From Mobula hypostoma (taxonomy: Eukaryota), in the NCBI RefSeq assembly GCF_963921235.1, contig NC_086098.1, forward strand, positions 3,348,001 to 3,412,000: a stretch of DNA of 64,000 nt, read 5' to 3'. Below are positions 63,373 to 64,000 of this stretch, piece by piece. Below the pieces are notes generated by a model. The model was not told where the DNA came from. It did not search any database and was given only the letters and a program-made list of their open reading frames with translations. The translations under genes were made by a program, and so were the position numbers. Numbering within the stretch: position 1 is the stretch's first letter; every line of letters starts with the position of its first letter.

Positions 63373-64000
63373 TTGGAACATAGAACATTAGAGCACAGTT
63401 ATGCCAGCCCTTTAACCTGCTCCATGTTCTAACCCTTTCTTCCTCCACAGCCCATTAACAAAAGGTTCAGCAACAACAGTACATTCTCCGCAGCTTTGTA
63501 GTTTTACTAGCACTGCTTTCATTTTCCTTTTCCTTTCTGCAGTGGCTTTCTGGGTATTTCTCTTGCAAGGAATTTGGAGAATTTCCCCACTTTTACAAAA
63601 TACTTTACCAGAGTAAAGAGATGAGATTCTTATTTTATCTAGTCTGATGAGATGTTCTTTATTCTGTACTGTTAGTCATCATAATTCAACACACTTAGCT
63701 CTGACATAGCTTTGCCAAGGGGTGAAGTTGGACCTGGTTTAAAGTTTTATTTATTATCAGAGTACATATACCATATACAACCTTGAGATTCATCTTCTTG
63801 CAGGCAGCCACAAAACAAAGAAACACAACAGAATTCATGAAAAAACCAACACCACAAATACAGTCATACATCCAATGTGTGAAAAAGAACAAATCATACA
63901 AACTAAAATTAAGCAAACAACCACAGAACATAAACCGCAGAGTTAGTCCACAGACACGTAGTCAGCTCAACCACAGAACAAACGCAGAGTTAGTCCACAG

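Overview
Eukaryotic, repeat-saturated non-coding DNA. The repeat set (HE1/V-type SINEs, CR1, Rex1/Babar, Penelope-like elements) suggests a cartilaginous fish, probably a ray; that is an inference. No host protein-coding gene can be identified, only one strong 90-nt cassette-exon candidate (53959-54048,+) and a few weaker ones. Nearly all ORFs in the supplied track are transposon remnants or noise. Highlights: (1) a young 5'-truncated Penelope-like retroelement (open RT + GIY-YIG frame) with an inverted pseudo-LTR and a 14-bp TSD; (2) a family of small fold-back, non-coding derivatives of it, many carrying a minimal type I hammerhead ribozyme motif (CUGANGA...GAAACGUC), with about a dozen intact or decayed copies in the window; (3) an R4/Dong-type LINE with a twin-priming-like 5' inversion; (4) two palindromic mariner MITEs with four TIR copies each; (5) a Tx1 3' end inserted in a SINE tRNA head; (6) a three-level SINE>CR1>Rex1 nest and a deleted Gypsy provirus. 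Everything was read by eye, so boundaries of old repeats are approximate (tens of bp) and family names come from remembered motifs, not database searches.
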